Of a stretch of 64,000 nt of DNA, positions 13,915 to 25,267 are shown piece by piece (position 1 is the stretch's first letter; each line of letters begins with the position of its first letter). The stretch covers positions 27,423,278 to 27,487,277 of the forward strand of contig NC_083440.1 of NCBI RefSeq assembly GCF_020745735.1. The letters run 5' to 3'. The notes below the pieces were generated by a model that saw nothing but the letters and a program-made list of their open reading frames with translations, searched no databases and was not told the origin of the DNA. Both the position numbers and the translations under genes were made by a program. This DNA is from Hemiscyllium ocellatum (lineage: Eukaryota).

Positions 13915-14626
13915 CCTTTCAGAGTCACGGGATCCTACGGCTCGGAAACAGACCCTTCAGCCCAACACGTCTGTGCTGACTGTAATCCCAAACCAAGCTA
14001 TTCCCACCTGCCTGCTCCTGGCCCACGTCCCTCCAACCCTTTCCTATTCATGTCTCTGTCCTTATCCAAAAATGTCTTTTAAACGTTAGAATGGATCCAC
14101 GGCCACCATTTCCTCAGGAAGGTCATTTCACACATGAACCACTCTCTGTGTAAAAATAAAATTGCCCTCATGACAGTTATCATTCACCCAATCTATCCCC
14201 CTTATTATTTTACAATCCTCTATAAGGTCACCCCTCATCCTCTGACACTCCAGGGAAAACAGCCCCAGCCTATCCAGCCTCTCCCCAGCCTATCTAGCTC
14301 AAACCCTCCAACCCCGGCAACATCCCGGTAAATCCCTTCCGACCCCCTCTCCAGTTTAATAATCACCTTCCTGTAACAGGGCAACCGGAACTGGACACAG
14401 TGCTCCAGACGGGACCTCACCAATGTCCTGTACAACCCCACCATAATGTCCCAAACTCCTACACTCAACGGGCTGAGCAATGAAGGCTAGTGTGCAAAAC
14501 GCCTTCTTCACCCCCTGACTACATGACACAAACTTCAAAGACTGATATACCTGACCCGCGCCCCCTCTGTCTGTCTGCTCTCCAACACTACCCAGGGCCG
14601 TACCATTAACTGTAAAAGTCCTGCCC
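13915..14626 (-). mobile_element. CR1-like LINE 3' fragment
   Basis: LYRTLVRSRLEHCVQF.LPCYRK.IIKLER motif. 3' tail is the reverse of gagtcacgggatcctacggctcggaaacagacccttcagcccaac. Confidence 0.88.
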
Positions 14627-14739
14627 TTTATCTTTCACTCCCTTTCTCATGGTCTTTCCTTTAAAAGGAATTATTTCCCCAGGCTCTCCTCAATCAACAG
14701 CGTTACTGAACATGGGTCAAATATCTAACACCGGGCACG

Positions 14740-15335
14740 AATATATACACACACACACACATACAAACACACACGTATATACACATGCACACAGACACGC
14801 ACGTATATATATGCACACACAGACACACACACATATATACACACACACGCAGACTCAAACACATGAACGTATATATACACACACACACGTATATACACAT
14901 GAACACAGATACACACATGCACATATATATACACACAGACACATACTCACACGCATGTACACACATGTATATACACACGCACACAGACACACATGCACAT
15001 ATATATACACACGCGCACATATATATGCACACACATGTATATACACACGCACACAGACACACGCCCACGTATATATACACACATGCATGCACGTATATAC
15101 ACACAANNNNNNNNNNNNNNNNNNNNNNNNNNNNNNNNNNNNNNNNNNNNNNNNNNNNNNNNNNNNNNNNNNNNNNNNNNNNNNNNNNNNNNNNNNNNNN
15201 NNNNNNNNNNNNNNNNNNNNNNNNNNNNNNNNNNNNNNNNNNNNNNNNNNNCGTATATACATACACATGTATACACACGGACAGACACAAACATACACGC
15301 ATATACACACACACTCTCACACACGCACAGTCTCA
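14740..15335. repeat. (CA/TA)n simple repeat with N block
   Basis: Low-complexity acacatatatacac sequence. Confidence 0.9.
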
Positions 15336-15342
15336 CAAACAG

Positions 15343-15358
15343 ATGAGAAACAGGAGGT
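15343..15358 (+). CDS. Tentative start micro-exon (MRNRR) of the B7-like gene; donor non-canonical in this copy
   Basis: ATGAGAAACAGGAGGT|GGAAGT here versus ATGAGAAACAGGAGAT|GTAAGT in copy 2. Phase 1 fits the leader exon. Inference only. Confidence 0.25.
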
Positions 15359-15789
15359 GGAAGTGAAAAAGGTGACTGGCCGATCAGTCCCTGAATTGTT
15401 CACAAAGAGCAGACAGACTGAGTGTTGCTGCTGTTGTGAGGCAGGTACAGGTCAGCGTCGATGATGGAAATGGTCCAGTCACTTTCACAGTCCTTCAGTT
15501 CGCAGAGTGGTCCAGAGTCTGGGGCTCTGATACCTTCGGACCAGGATTGAATGCAGAGTGAGAGAGCATCCTTTCGGTTCCTTGCGGCACCCTGAGTGAG
15601 AGAGGCTCCTCCTTTACCTGCCTCACAGGGGTAGCGAGGGGATAATTGTCTATCTGTGACCTTCACAGAGGGAGCTAACGCTCAGATCAAAGCTGGGGCG
15701 CACAAGTCCCACAAGCAAACTCCAGTACAGTTGAAACTGGCCTTGTATTCTGTTACGGGAAAACCATAAAATGTATTGATAACTCACAG

Positions 15790-16320
15790 AGAGGCTGTTG
15801 TGTCTTTCTGTCTGTCTCTCTCTCTTTTTCTCTGTTTCTCTCTGTTTTTCTCTCTCTCTCTGTTTCTCTCATTCTCTCTCCCTTTACCTCTCTCACTCTT
15901 GCCCCCCTCTCAGTGTCAGTCTCCTTCTCTTCCCCTCTCTCTGCCTCTTGCTGTCAATCTTGCTGGCTGTCTCCATATTTCTGTCTCTATCTCTCTCTCT
16001 CTCTACATCTCTCTCTTTCTCCCTCCCCCTCGCACTCTCTCTTTCGCCTTCTCTCTTTATCGCTGTCTCTCCCTCCACATCTCTCTCTCTCCCTGTATCT
16101 CTCTCTCTCTGTCTCTCTGTCTCCCCCTTTCTCTAATTCTCACACTATCTCTGTCTCTCCCTCACTTTTCTGTCTCTCTTCCCCACTCTCTCTTTCTCTC
16201 TGTCTGCCTGTCTGTTTCCTTCTCTCTCTCTCTCTCTCTCTATCTGCCTGTTTGTCTCTCTCTCTCTCTCTCTCTCCCTCTCCCACATGCTGTCTCTCTC
16301 ACTCTCCCATATCTCTTGTA
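15790..16320. repeat. (CT)n-rich simple repeat
   Basis: Polypyrimidine low complexity. Confidence 0.92.
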
Positions 16321-16410
16321 ATTTCTCGCTCCTTCCATTTCTCACCCACTCTCCCATTAATTATTGTTCCTGCTATGTTCTGATTTTTTTTCTCTCTCTC
16401 TCCTCTTTAG

Positions 16411-16482
16411 GGATTAATTTAAATAGGACAAAAGAAAAGACATTCCTGATTATAATGCTACTAAGTTTTCCACCCATATCAG
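16411..16482 (+). CDS. Signal-peptide exon of B7-family Ig gene (xINLNRTKEKTFLIIMLLSFPPIS)
   Basis: Acceptor ctctctctcctctttag, donor AG|GTAAGA, 72 nt, phase 1-1. Hydrophobic core joins in frame to the IgV exon (..PPISA-AMDKV). Confidence 0.72.
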
Positions 16483-16759
16483 GTAAGACAAAATTGTGTT
16501 TCAAAACCATGAAAATTATCGGAAGTTTACAGCGCAGAGCGAGCACATCTAATCCCGAACCATTGAGTAAACGCTCGGTATTAGTAAAACGTGGCCAAAC
16601 TGACAGGGCCATCTCGTGTTTACTGCTTATCAATAACTCCCATGTCTTCATTATTGTAACAAAGATGCAGGACAGGGTGATGCGTTGTGACTGAAGGGTG
16701 TGGGAGATCCTGGATGTTATCCTGAACCAAGGCTCCCTCTGGCTCTGTCCTAGCCCACC

Positions 16760-18232
16760 AAGACTGGGATTTCCTGTGGCCCACTTTATTACAATGAAAA
16801 CACCAGGGCTTTTGACCTTCTCTGTCCCCCTCAAAGGGTTTTTTTTTACACTGGGGTAAGTTCTCCTTATGGACTTCCCTGGGATCTACCCTTCCATTTC
16901 CACACCAGGATTTCCCTTTGTCCCAGTTTCTCTCCCTCCTGGACTGAAATCGATTCTGGAAGTCAATCCATGTTTTATGGACCAACCCATACCCATCAGC
17001 CCCTTCAGCTGCTAACCTGACTGTTTTAACCCTCTGCTCTGCCCCATGGGCTTACACGACATCCACACTGAGACTACCCTCAGCCTTTATCTCCAGACTT
17101 TTCAACTCACCTTCCTTTTTAAGTGTCAGGTTGTGAAGTTTAAGAGCTCTCTCTATTTCTTTCTCTGCCCTCTCTCTTCTTCCCTTTCTTCTGCTTTTAA
17201 TTGTAAACCAAACGGTTTCATTTCTGCTGCCCTTTCCTGATCTCTCGCCTCTAACTGGAGCTGTTTCATTTGTAATTGAATCCTTGCCATCTCTATAGAT
17301 GCTGAGGGTTTCTCCAGCAAGTGGAAATGCTGAGCTACTGCTGGAATTATCTCTCCTTTCCTCACAGAACCTGGCAATCCCAATTCCAGCTTCTCCGCTC
17401 ATTCCCGCAACTTGGTCTCACTCACCTTTTGCAAACCTTCTAACGTCACCGAATCCACTTCCAGAAAACCTTTGGTGACTAAAAGAGCCATTACTCTCCC
17501 AAGCTTAGTCCACCCAACCAAACCGACACCCGAAACATAGACACTAGCACCGACCACTCGCTGTTTAAAATTCAGGACGAGCCCCCACAATCTGTTATGG
17601 ATGAGTCCAGACCACTCAAAACATTCTTAACCAGGCAGACCAGGCCATAACTTTGCAATCTGTTTCAGTAAGTGTACAGTGAAAATTACCCGGAGTAAGT
17701 TAGTGAGGTTGACGACCAGGGTGTAGAACAGACAAAGATTTATTCACAAAATTACACAATGAAACACAAAATAAAGACCCCCGACAGAACTCAGTCGATC
17801 CAAACTAGACTTCATCATGTTGTTCCAAATACCCACAACCGTCCCAATAAGCAAAACTTTAAAACCCTTTAAAACCCAGTACAGAGGGAACACATGTGGA
17901 CAGGCTGAAGTTAGACAGAGAGGCAGAGTTTCCACACAGCTCCCTGTTGAATTCCCAACCAGTTCTCGACTGAACTGAACTGCTCAGCTAGAGAGCAGAC
18001 CAATCCCCTTTCATTATACAGGTCACTTCTAGAACATGACCACTTGGCCTAAAGGCTCATCTGTTTCCATAGAAACAAAAGGCCTCTCCAAACCCTTCCC
18101 ATCTCTGTACCAAACCAGCCTGATCGGAGCCCGGCCTGGTATATTACCCCCTCTCCCTCTGAAATACATCCAGGGCAGAGTCTCCCTGAGCCAAGGGACA
18201 GCTTTGGATAAAGAGGGACTAGCTTTGTGCCA
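16760..18232 (-). mobile_element. Truncated Ty3/Gypsy-like LTR retrotransposon (5' LTR, PBS, disrupted gag)
   Basis: LTR ~17593-18232 (right boundary uncertain, could extend to ~18301). gag starts MALLVTKGFLEVDSVTLEGLQKV, has a coiled-coil segment and a decayed knuckle CFHCNKVGHRKSQS. Confidence 0.78.
17570..17587 (-). promoter_or_regulatory. tRNA-Pro primer-binding site of the Gypsy-like element
   Basis: TGGGGGCTCGTCCTGAAT, 16/18 to the canonical Pro PBS TGGGGGCTCGTCCGGGAT, 5 nt after the LTR end (..ATAACA). Copy 2 (63078-63095) is 17/18. Confidence 0.85.
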
Positions 18233-18354
18233 CTAGCATGGACTTTGAGGGGCTGAGTGGCCTCCTTCTCTTGTCCCAGACTGTTCCAAATAGCTGTATC
18301 ACCTCTGGAGGGTGTGGATTGGGAATTGATCCTGGCTGCTTTCCCCTGATACAG

Positions 18355-18684
18355 CTGCAATGGATAAAGTCGCTGACGTTGGAGGGACCGTGACACTCCC
18401 GTGTCAGGTCGGGAATGTCACTATGTCCCAGGCCACTGTATACTGGCAAAAACGCCTGGAAAAGAAAGTCTTGTTCTATTGGAAGAATGGGAAAATGGAT
18501 CCCAATTATCAGAACGAGGAATACCGGAACAGAAGTCGCATCTCCCACAGTGAATTCCAGAAGGGAAACCTGTCACTGATAATTTGGGATCTGCGTCTGA
18601 GTGATAGTGGAGTGTATGATTGTATTATCAAAACAGAACACCAAGGAACTCCTGAGCGATACACCATTACTCTGAAAGTTAACA
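18355..18684 (+). CDS. IgV exon, B7 family (CD80/CD86/ICOSL-like)
   Basis: Acceptor ctgctttcccctgatacag, donor A|GTGAGT, phase 1-1, 330 nt. V-set motifs TLPC, VYWQK, YRNR, GNLSLII.DL..SDSGVYDC; the two Cys are 73 residues apart. YWQK pattern recalls CD80/CD86. Confidence 0.9.
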
Positions 18685-18724
18685 GTGAGTGCTGTCCTCA
18701 TTCCTGTCCTTATACCCCAGCTCA

Positions 18725-20207
18725 GTTTGTGTCTGCCTACATCAGTTTGTCTGTGTGTACATCTGTGTGTGTACATCTGTGTGTGTGTACATCTGTGTGT
18801 GTGCACATCTGTGTGTATGTATACATCTGTGTGTGTGTACATCTGTGTGTGTACATCTGTACGTGTACATCTGTGAGTGTGTGTATATATCTGCATGTGT
18901 GTCTGTGTGTGTACATCTGTGCGTGTACGTGTGTGTACATCTGTGTGTATGTTCATGGGTGTGTGTACATCTGTGTGTGTACATCTGTGTGTGTGTATGT
19001 ACATCTGTATGTATGTACATCTGCATGTGTGTATATATCTGTGTGTCCATTTGTGTGTGAGTATGTGTGTTCATGTACATCTATGTGTGTACATCTGACT
19101 GTGTATGCACATCTGTATGAGTATACATCTGTGTGTGCATGTACATCTGTGTGAGCATACATCTGTGTGTGTACGTCTGTGTGTGTATGTATATCTGTGT
19201 GTATACATCTGTGTGTGTATACATCTGTGAGTGTGTGCACATCTGTGGGTGTCTGTGTACATCTTTGTGTGTGTACATCTGTGTGTGTGTATACATCTGT
19301 GTGTGTGTACACCTGTGTGTGTATACATCTGTGTATATACATCTGCATGTGTGTGTGTACATCTGTGCGTGTACTTATGTGTGTGTGTACATCTGTGTGT
19401 ATGTACATGTCTGTGTGTATACATCTGTGTTTGCATATCTGTGTGTGTACATCAGTGTGTGAGTATGTGCGTGCATGTACATCTGTGTGTGTACATCTGT
19501 GTATGAGTGTGTGTATGTACATCTGTGTGCGTGCATGTATGTGGGCACATGTATGTACATCTGTGTCTGTGTACTTCTGTGTGTGCATACATCTGTGTGT
19601 GTACATCTGTGTGTATGCACATCTGTGTGTGTATACTTTTGTGTGTGTATACATCTGTGTGTACTTCAGTGTGTGTGTATACATCTGTGTGTGTGTACAT
19701 TTGTGTGTGAGTGTGTGTGTATGTACATCTGTGTGTGTACATCTGGGTGTGTATGTACATCTGTGTGCGTGCATATATGTGGACACATGTTTGTGTGTGC
19801 ATATATGTGTGTGTGCACATGTTTGTGTGAATGTGTGTGTGTGTGGTTTTGGACATCTGTGTTTGGACGTGTGTGTGCATAAATGCGTGTACATATGTGT
19901 GCATATGTGTATGTGTGAGTACGTATCTGTGCATGTGTGCGTACTTTCGTGTGTACTGTGTTAGTGAGCTCATGTCTGTGTGTGTGGTGTTGTGTGTGTG
20001 TGTATATCAGTTGTGTGTGTGCCACTGTGTGTGTACGTCTCTGTCTCAGTGTAAGAGAGAGAGCGTGTGTGTGTGTGTACGTCTCTGTCTCAGTGTAAGA
20101 GAGTGTGTGTGTGTGTCACTGTGTGTGTACATCTCTGTCTCAGTGTGAGAGTGTGTGTGTGTCACTATGTGTGTACGTCTCTGTCTCAATGTAAGAGAGT
20201 GTGTGTG
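18725..20207. repeat. (TG)n-rich complex repeat (gtacatctgtgtgt units; ~40-bp ctctgtctcagtgtaagagag units at its end)
   Basis: Seen directly. Resumes at 20889-21225 after the Penelope insertion. Confidence 0.92.
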
Positions 20208-20888
20208 CGCCCACACCTCCACACTCACTTCCCTCCAAGGCCCCAAGGGATCCTTCCATATCCGCCACAAGTTCACCTGTACCTCCACACACATCATCTA
20301 TTGCATCCGCTGCACCCGATGTGGCCTCCTCTATATTGGTGAGACAGGCCACTTACTTGCGGAACGCTTCAGAGAACACCTCCGGGCCGCCCGAACCAAC
20401 CAACCCAATCACCCCGTGGCTCAACACTTTAACTCTCCCTCCCACTCCACCGAGGACATGCAGGTCCTTGGACTCCTCCACCGGCAGAACACAACTACAC
20501 GACGGCTGGAGGAGGAGCGCCTCATCTTCCACCTGGGAACCCTCCAACCACAAGGTATGAATTCAGATTTCTCCAGTTTCCTCATTTCCCCTCCCCCCAC
20601 CTTGTCTCAGTCGGTTCCCTCAACTCAGCACCGCCCTCCTAACCTGCAATCCTCTTCCTGACCTCTCCGCCCCCACCCCACTCCGGCCTATCACCCTCAC
20701 CTTGACCTCCTTCCACCTATCCCACCTCCATCGCCCCTCCCCCTAGTCCCTCCTCCCTACCTTTTATCTTAGCCTGCTTGGCTCTCTCTCTCTTATTCCT
20801 GATGAAGGGCTTATGCTCGAAACGTCGAATTCTCTATTCCTGAGATGCTGCCTGGCCTGCTGTGCTTTGACCAGCAACACATTTGCAG
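20208..20888 (+). mobile_element. Penelope-like element 3' fragment (GIY-YIG endonuclease + terminal repeat)
   Basis: FTCTSTHIIYCIRCTRCGLLYIGETG..L.ERFREHL...PVAQHFNSPSH...RLEEERLIF.LGTLQPQGMN, followed by the typical 3' terminal sequence. Confidence 0.92.
20795..20830 (+). ncRNA. Minimal type I hammerhead ribozyme motif
   Basis: ATTC-CTGATGA-A-GGGC(TTAT)GCTC-GAAA-C-GTC^-GAAT. Core, stem II with one G-U pair, palindromic ACGT stem III and 4-bp stem I are all present. Confidence 0.75.
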
Positions 20889-21259
20889 GTGTGTGTGTAT
20901 GTCTCTGTCTCAGCGTAAGAGAGTGTGTGTGTGTGTCACTGTGTGTGTACATCTCTGTCTCAATGTAAGAGAGAGTGTGTGTGTACGTCTGTCTCAGTGT
21001 AAGAGTGTGTGTGTGTGTGTCACTGTGTGTGTCACTGTGTGTGTACGTCTCTGTTTCAGTGTAAGAGAGTGTGTGTGTGTGTATGTACATCTGTGTGTGT
21101 ACATCTGTGTGTGTATGTACATCTGTGTGCGTGCATATATGTGGACACATGTTTGTGTGTGCATATATGTGTGTGTGCACATGTTTGTGTGAATGTGTGT
21201 GTGTGTGGTTTTGGACATCTGTGTTTCAAATCCGAATGGAAAACTCAGGAACCACAACT

Positions 21260-22529
21260 GGGAGTCAGCACTGAGGGAGGGTCAGCACTGAGGGAGGGTC
21301 AGCACTGAGGGAGGGTCAGCGCTGTGGGAGGGTCAGTACTGAGGGAGGGTCAGTACTGAGGGAGGGTCGGCACTGAAGGAGGGTCAGCGCTGAGGGAGGG
21401 TCAGAAGTAACGGAAGGTCAGCGCTGAGGGAGGGTCGGCACTGAGGGAGGGTCAGCGCTGAGGGAGGGTCAGTAGAAACAGAGGTTCAGCACTGATGGAG
21501 GGTCAGTACTGAGGGAGGGTCAGAGCTGTGGGAGGGTCAGTGCTGAGGGAGGGTCAGTGCTGAGGGAGGGTCGGCACTGAGGGAGGGTCAGCGCTGAGGG
21601 AGGGTCAGTAGTAATGGAAGGTCAGCGCTGAGGGAGGGTCAGTACTAAGGGAGGGTCAGTACTAAGGGAGGGTCAGCATTGAGGGAGGGTCAGCACTGAG
21701 GGAGGGTCAGTACTGAGAGAGGGTCTGCACTGAGGGAGGGTCGGCACTGAGGGAGGGTCTGCACTGAGGGATGGTCAGTACTGAGGGAGTGTCAGTACTG
21801 AGGGAGGGTCAGTACTGAGGGAGTGTTAGTACTGAGGGAGGGTCAGTACTGTGGGAGGGTCAGCACTGAGGGAGTGCCGCACTGAGGGAGGGTCAGTACT
21901 GAGGGAGGGTCAGTACTGAGGGAGGGTCAGTACTGTGGGAGGGTCAGCACTGAGGGAGTGCCGCACTGTGGGAGGGTCAGCGCTGAGGGAGGGTCAGTAC
22001 TGAGGGAGGGTCAGCACTGAGGGAGTGTTATTACTGAGGGAGGGTCAGTACTGTGTGGGGGTCAGCACTGAGGGAGGGTCAGCACTGAGGGAGTGACGCA
22101 CTGCGGAAGGGTCAGTGCTGAGGGAGTGCCACACTGAGAGAGGGTAAGTGCTGAGGGAGGGTCTGCATTGAGGGAGGGTCTGCACTGAGGGTGGGTCAGT
22201 ACTGAGGGAGGGTCAGCACCGAGGGAGGGTCAGTAATGAGGGAGGTTCAATGCTGTGGGAGGGTCGGTACTGAGGGAGGGTCATTACTGTGGGGGTGTCA
22301 GCACTGAGTGAGTGCTGCACTGAGGGAGGGTCAGTACTGAGGGAGGGTCAGCACTGAGGGAGTGCCGCACTGAGGGAGGGTCGGTACTGAGGGAGGGTCA
22401 GTACTGAGGGAGGGTCAGTGCTGAGGGAGTGCCACACTGAGAGAGGGTAAGTGCTGAGGGAGGGTCTGCATTGAGGGAGGGTCTGCACTGAGGGAGGGTC
22501 AGTACTGAGGGAGGGTCAGTACTGAGGGA
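21260..22529. repeat. 17-bp minisatellite, ~75 units (GGGAGGGTCAGTACTGA)
   Basis: Clear 17-bp period; variants cagcactga, cagcgctga, gggagtgccgcactga. Confidence 0.97.
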
Positions 22530-23553
22530 TGGGCTGGGATTTAAGACCAGGACCTCCCCGGGCAGTGTCCCATATTGGCAGGGGAGATGCCAGTGATGTC
22601 ACCGTTTCTGGAACAGCTTGGCTAGGGCAGCAGCACCTTCCGGGGCAGGATTCTCCAGGGCGGGTGACGGGATGTTGGCAGGGACCCGTAGCCTTCGCGG
22701 TATACAGTGTCTCCCACCGTTCCCTGATATCACCTGGAGTGAGGCTGAAATCTGGGACCCATGATGCTGAGGATCACTGGAGCAGGCTGAGGTGGAACAC
22801 CCACTCCCCCACCCCACACCCCACCCCAATAAAAAAGTAAATAAATAGATAAATAAATAAATAAAAGACAGTGAGAGGGGATGGTGGGACCATTCAAGGG
22901 CTTTGCCAGAAGGTAAAGAACCATCCAGTAGAGAGTTCCAACCATCCATCAGAGTGAGAGTATAGAGGTGGGTGCTGGGTCAACAGTGAGGATTGATGTT
23001 AGGGAAGTAGGGAGGTTTGACCCGATCCCTCCAACTGTAAATGTTCTGAATCTCAATTATCTCTCAGAATATTAGAGATGGACATTGATAGATCTGTCTC
23101 TGCCATGGCCATTACGTATACATTTAGGGACACCACATTTTGCACAGAACTGGATCACAATCGTTATGCGGTTAACGGCGAGGATGAGAAATACACTGTG
23201 AGACAACTGATGGGGATGATGGCAATATTATCAATTGTCCCAGCGATGTAGTGATATGGAGGCACCTGTGTGTGTTTCAGATTTCCAGCATCTCCACCAC
23301 TTCTCTTTCAATGAAGAGGTTCACCAAACCTTTTCCCCTGCCATAGCCAGTGTGCTTGCAGCTTTGTTACAATAGGGACAGACACTGCTGCAGTCTGTCA
23401 GACACTGTCCTGCTGCTCCGTCTTGCCCTGCCGACAGGTAATGTCCTCACTCTGATCCAAGGGTGATTGCCCCCTCCAGTTGACAAACTCTGCCCTTGGA
23501 TTGTTCCTGCTCCCACTTAGGGAAACGTTGGGAGTCTCTCCCTCCTTCTGTTC

Positions 23554-24455
23554 TCAGACATCCACAGTCTGACGAATTCGAGCAAAGGGATATTTCAGCA
23601 CCTCCTTCAGCTGCTCTCTGAACTTAGTCTGGGTCACGGCGTAAATGATGGTGTTTGTGCAGCAACTCAGGAGTTGCAACATGAAGCCCCACTCCAGCAC
23701 AAAATCATCGAGATCCATGAATTCATATCCCAGATCGTACAAACGGGTCCATATGGAATACAGCATCAGTACTGACCATAACAGAATAAAATTGGCAGAG
23801 ATAACAAACAGCAAAACAATTGATTTCCTTCGACTCTCCATTTTGGAGTCTTTGGCGTTCTTGTCCCTATTACAAGCCCGGAGTCTCCTGCGGGCTCTGC
23901 TGGTCACTAAAATGTATCTAACCGTCAAAATATTGAGCAGCAGAACCAAGACAAATGGGAGACATGGGGTTATAATGTGATGGAGGAACTCGATTGTCAC
24001 CCAGAATAGCGATTCTAGTATTGCCAGAGAATAGTTACAAAACCACGGGAGGTTAAACAATTTATAATTTTCCCACAACATAAAATACCAGAAAAGGTTC
24101 TTTAAACAGCTCACCACAGTCACTGCTCCGAGAATGAGAGATGCTGTTCTTGGAGTGCAGTATCTGTTTTTCACTTTCTGCCAACAAATGGCCACAAACC
24201 GATCAAAGGTAAAAGTGACGGTGAACCAGACAGAACAGTCTGTAGCTGCATAAAGCAGGACGGCGTGGATGTTACATACGGGGGTGGACTTCAAGAAGAT
24301 AAAATGTTCCTCAAAAACAATGGGGATGTGTCTCAGTATCAGGTCAAGGATAATAACAAGGAGATCTGCCACTGCCATGGCAACCAGGTAACGGGTGATA
24401 CATTTCGAGAGACCACACTTTCCATGGGCCAAGATTGCAATCGCTAATATGTTAA
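23554..24455 (-). CDS. Class A GPCR, GPR139/GPR142-like, exon 2 (TM1 end to C-terminus)
   Basis: Acceptor ttttctggtcctcacag, phase 1, open to stop. Motifs GKCGLSKCITRYLVAMAVADL, TFDRFVAIC, FILLW, CCTNTIIY. With exon 1 gives an intact 408-aa 7TM protein. Confidence 0.93.
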
Positions 24456-25267
24456 CTGTGAGGACCAGAAAATGGAGATTGACATTACACGTTGGGTATG
24501 GGGCACAGTTCTCACTTTTGCCTGAGATAGAGACGAGGATTAGAAGGGCACAAATCTATCAGACTGTTAGTAGGGCTGCAAGCGATGAGAGAGGCCAGGG
24601 CTGGTCAGGTCTCAGGTGGAATTGAGAAACAAGAACCAGAATTTTGAAAACACGGCAATGGTGGACAAGCGGCCAGTGCAGGTCAGAGAGCACACGGAGT
24701 GCAAGGCAGAGTGACACAGATCTTCAGCGAACAGACTCAGTGTACATTTCAAAAATGTGACTTGAATACCCTGTTCGACATTAAACCAGACGGAGGACAC
24801 AAGGGAAGGGAACGAAAATGCAGCCTGCACCATTTTGTTGTCTTCAGGTGGTTCAGAGACCGCAGAGACTCTAAAGAGCCTCAAAATTACAGCCAGGCAG
24901 GGAATATGGAGGGAAATATATTCCCTTTCTTTTGGGTATAATTTGCAGGAACATAATAAATGGACATGGTACTGGGATGAAGTGGAAGGGGGTGGTCCAT
25001 AAGGGATTCAATGATGAGGTGCTGACAGACAATGGAAGTGCAGAGGGATATTGGGCAAAAAAAAAACAAGAATTCCAAACTATCTCTGGGATCAGCCATG
25101 GAGGAGAGTGGAGATGATGGACAGGGGTCTGCAGTGCGATCGGTGGTAGTGCTGTGACTGACTGACCCTGGAAAGAGTGACATCATCCCCCCAGACATGG
25201 AGTTGCTAACAGCAGAGAGATGATTAGACATGGTTTGTGGAATTAATAATAGGCTATAGATACCTAC

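Noticed and set aside
15445-15560. FGPG motif as an antigen-receptor J segment
   Set aside because: No recombination signal sequence upstream, and it is followed by a stop rather than a J-type donor.
15776-16383. Leu/Ser-rich and Arg/Glu-rich ORFs (also 61287-62214)
   Set aside because: Translations of (CT)n. Only the 72-nt leader exon within the longer frame is supported.
18685-19154. C-terminal extension of the IgV ORF as a TM region
   Set aside because: It lies beyond a good GTGAGT donor and is TG-repeat translation.
22690-22760. FPDITWSE as the missing IgC exon
   Set aside because: No flanking cysteines, an early stop and no suitable splice sites.
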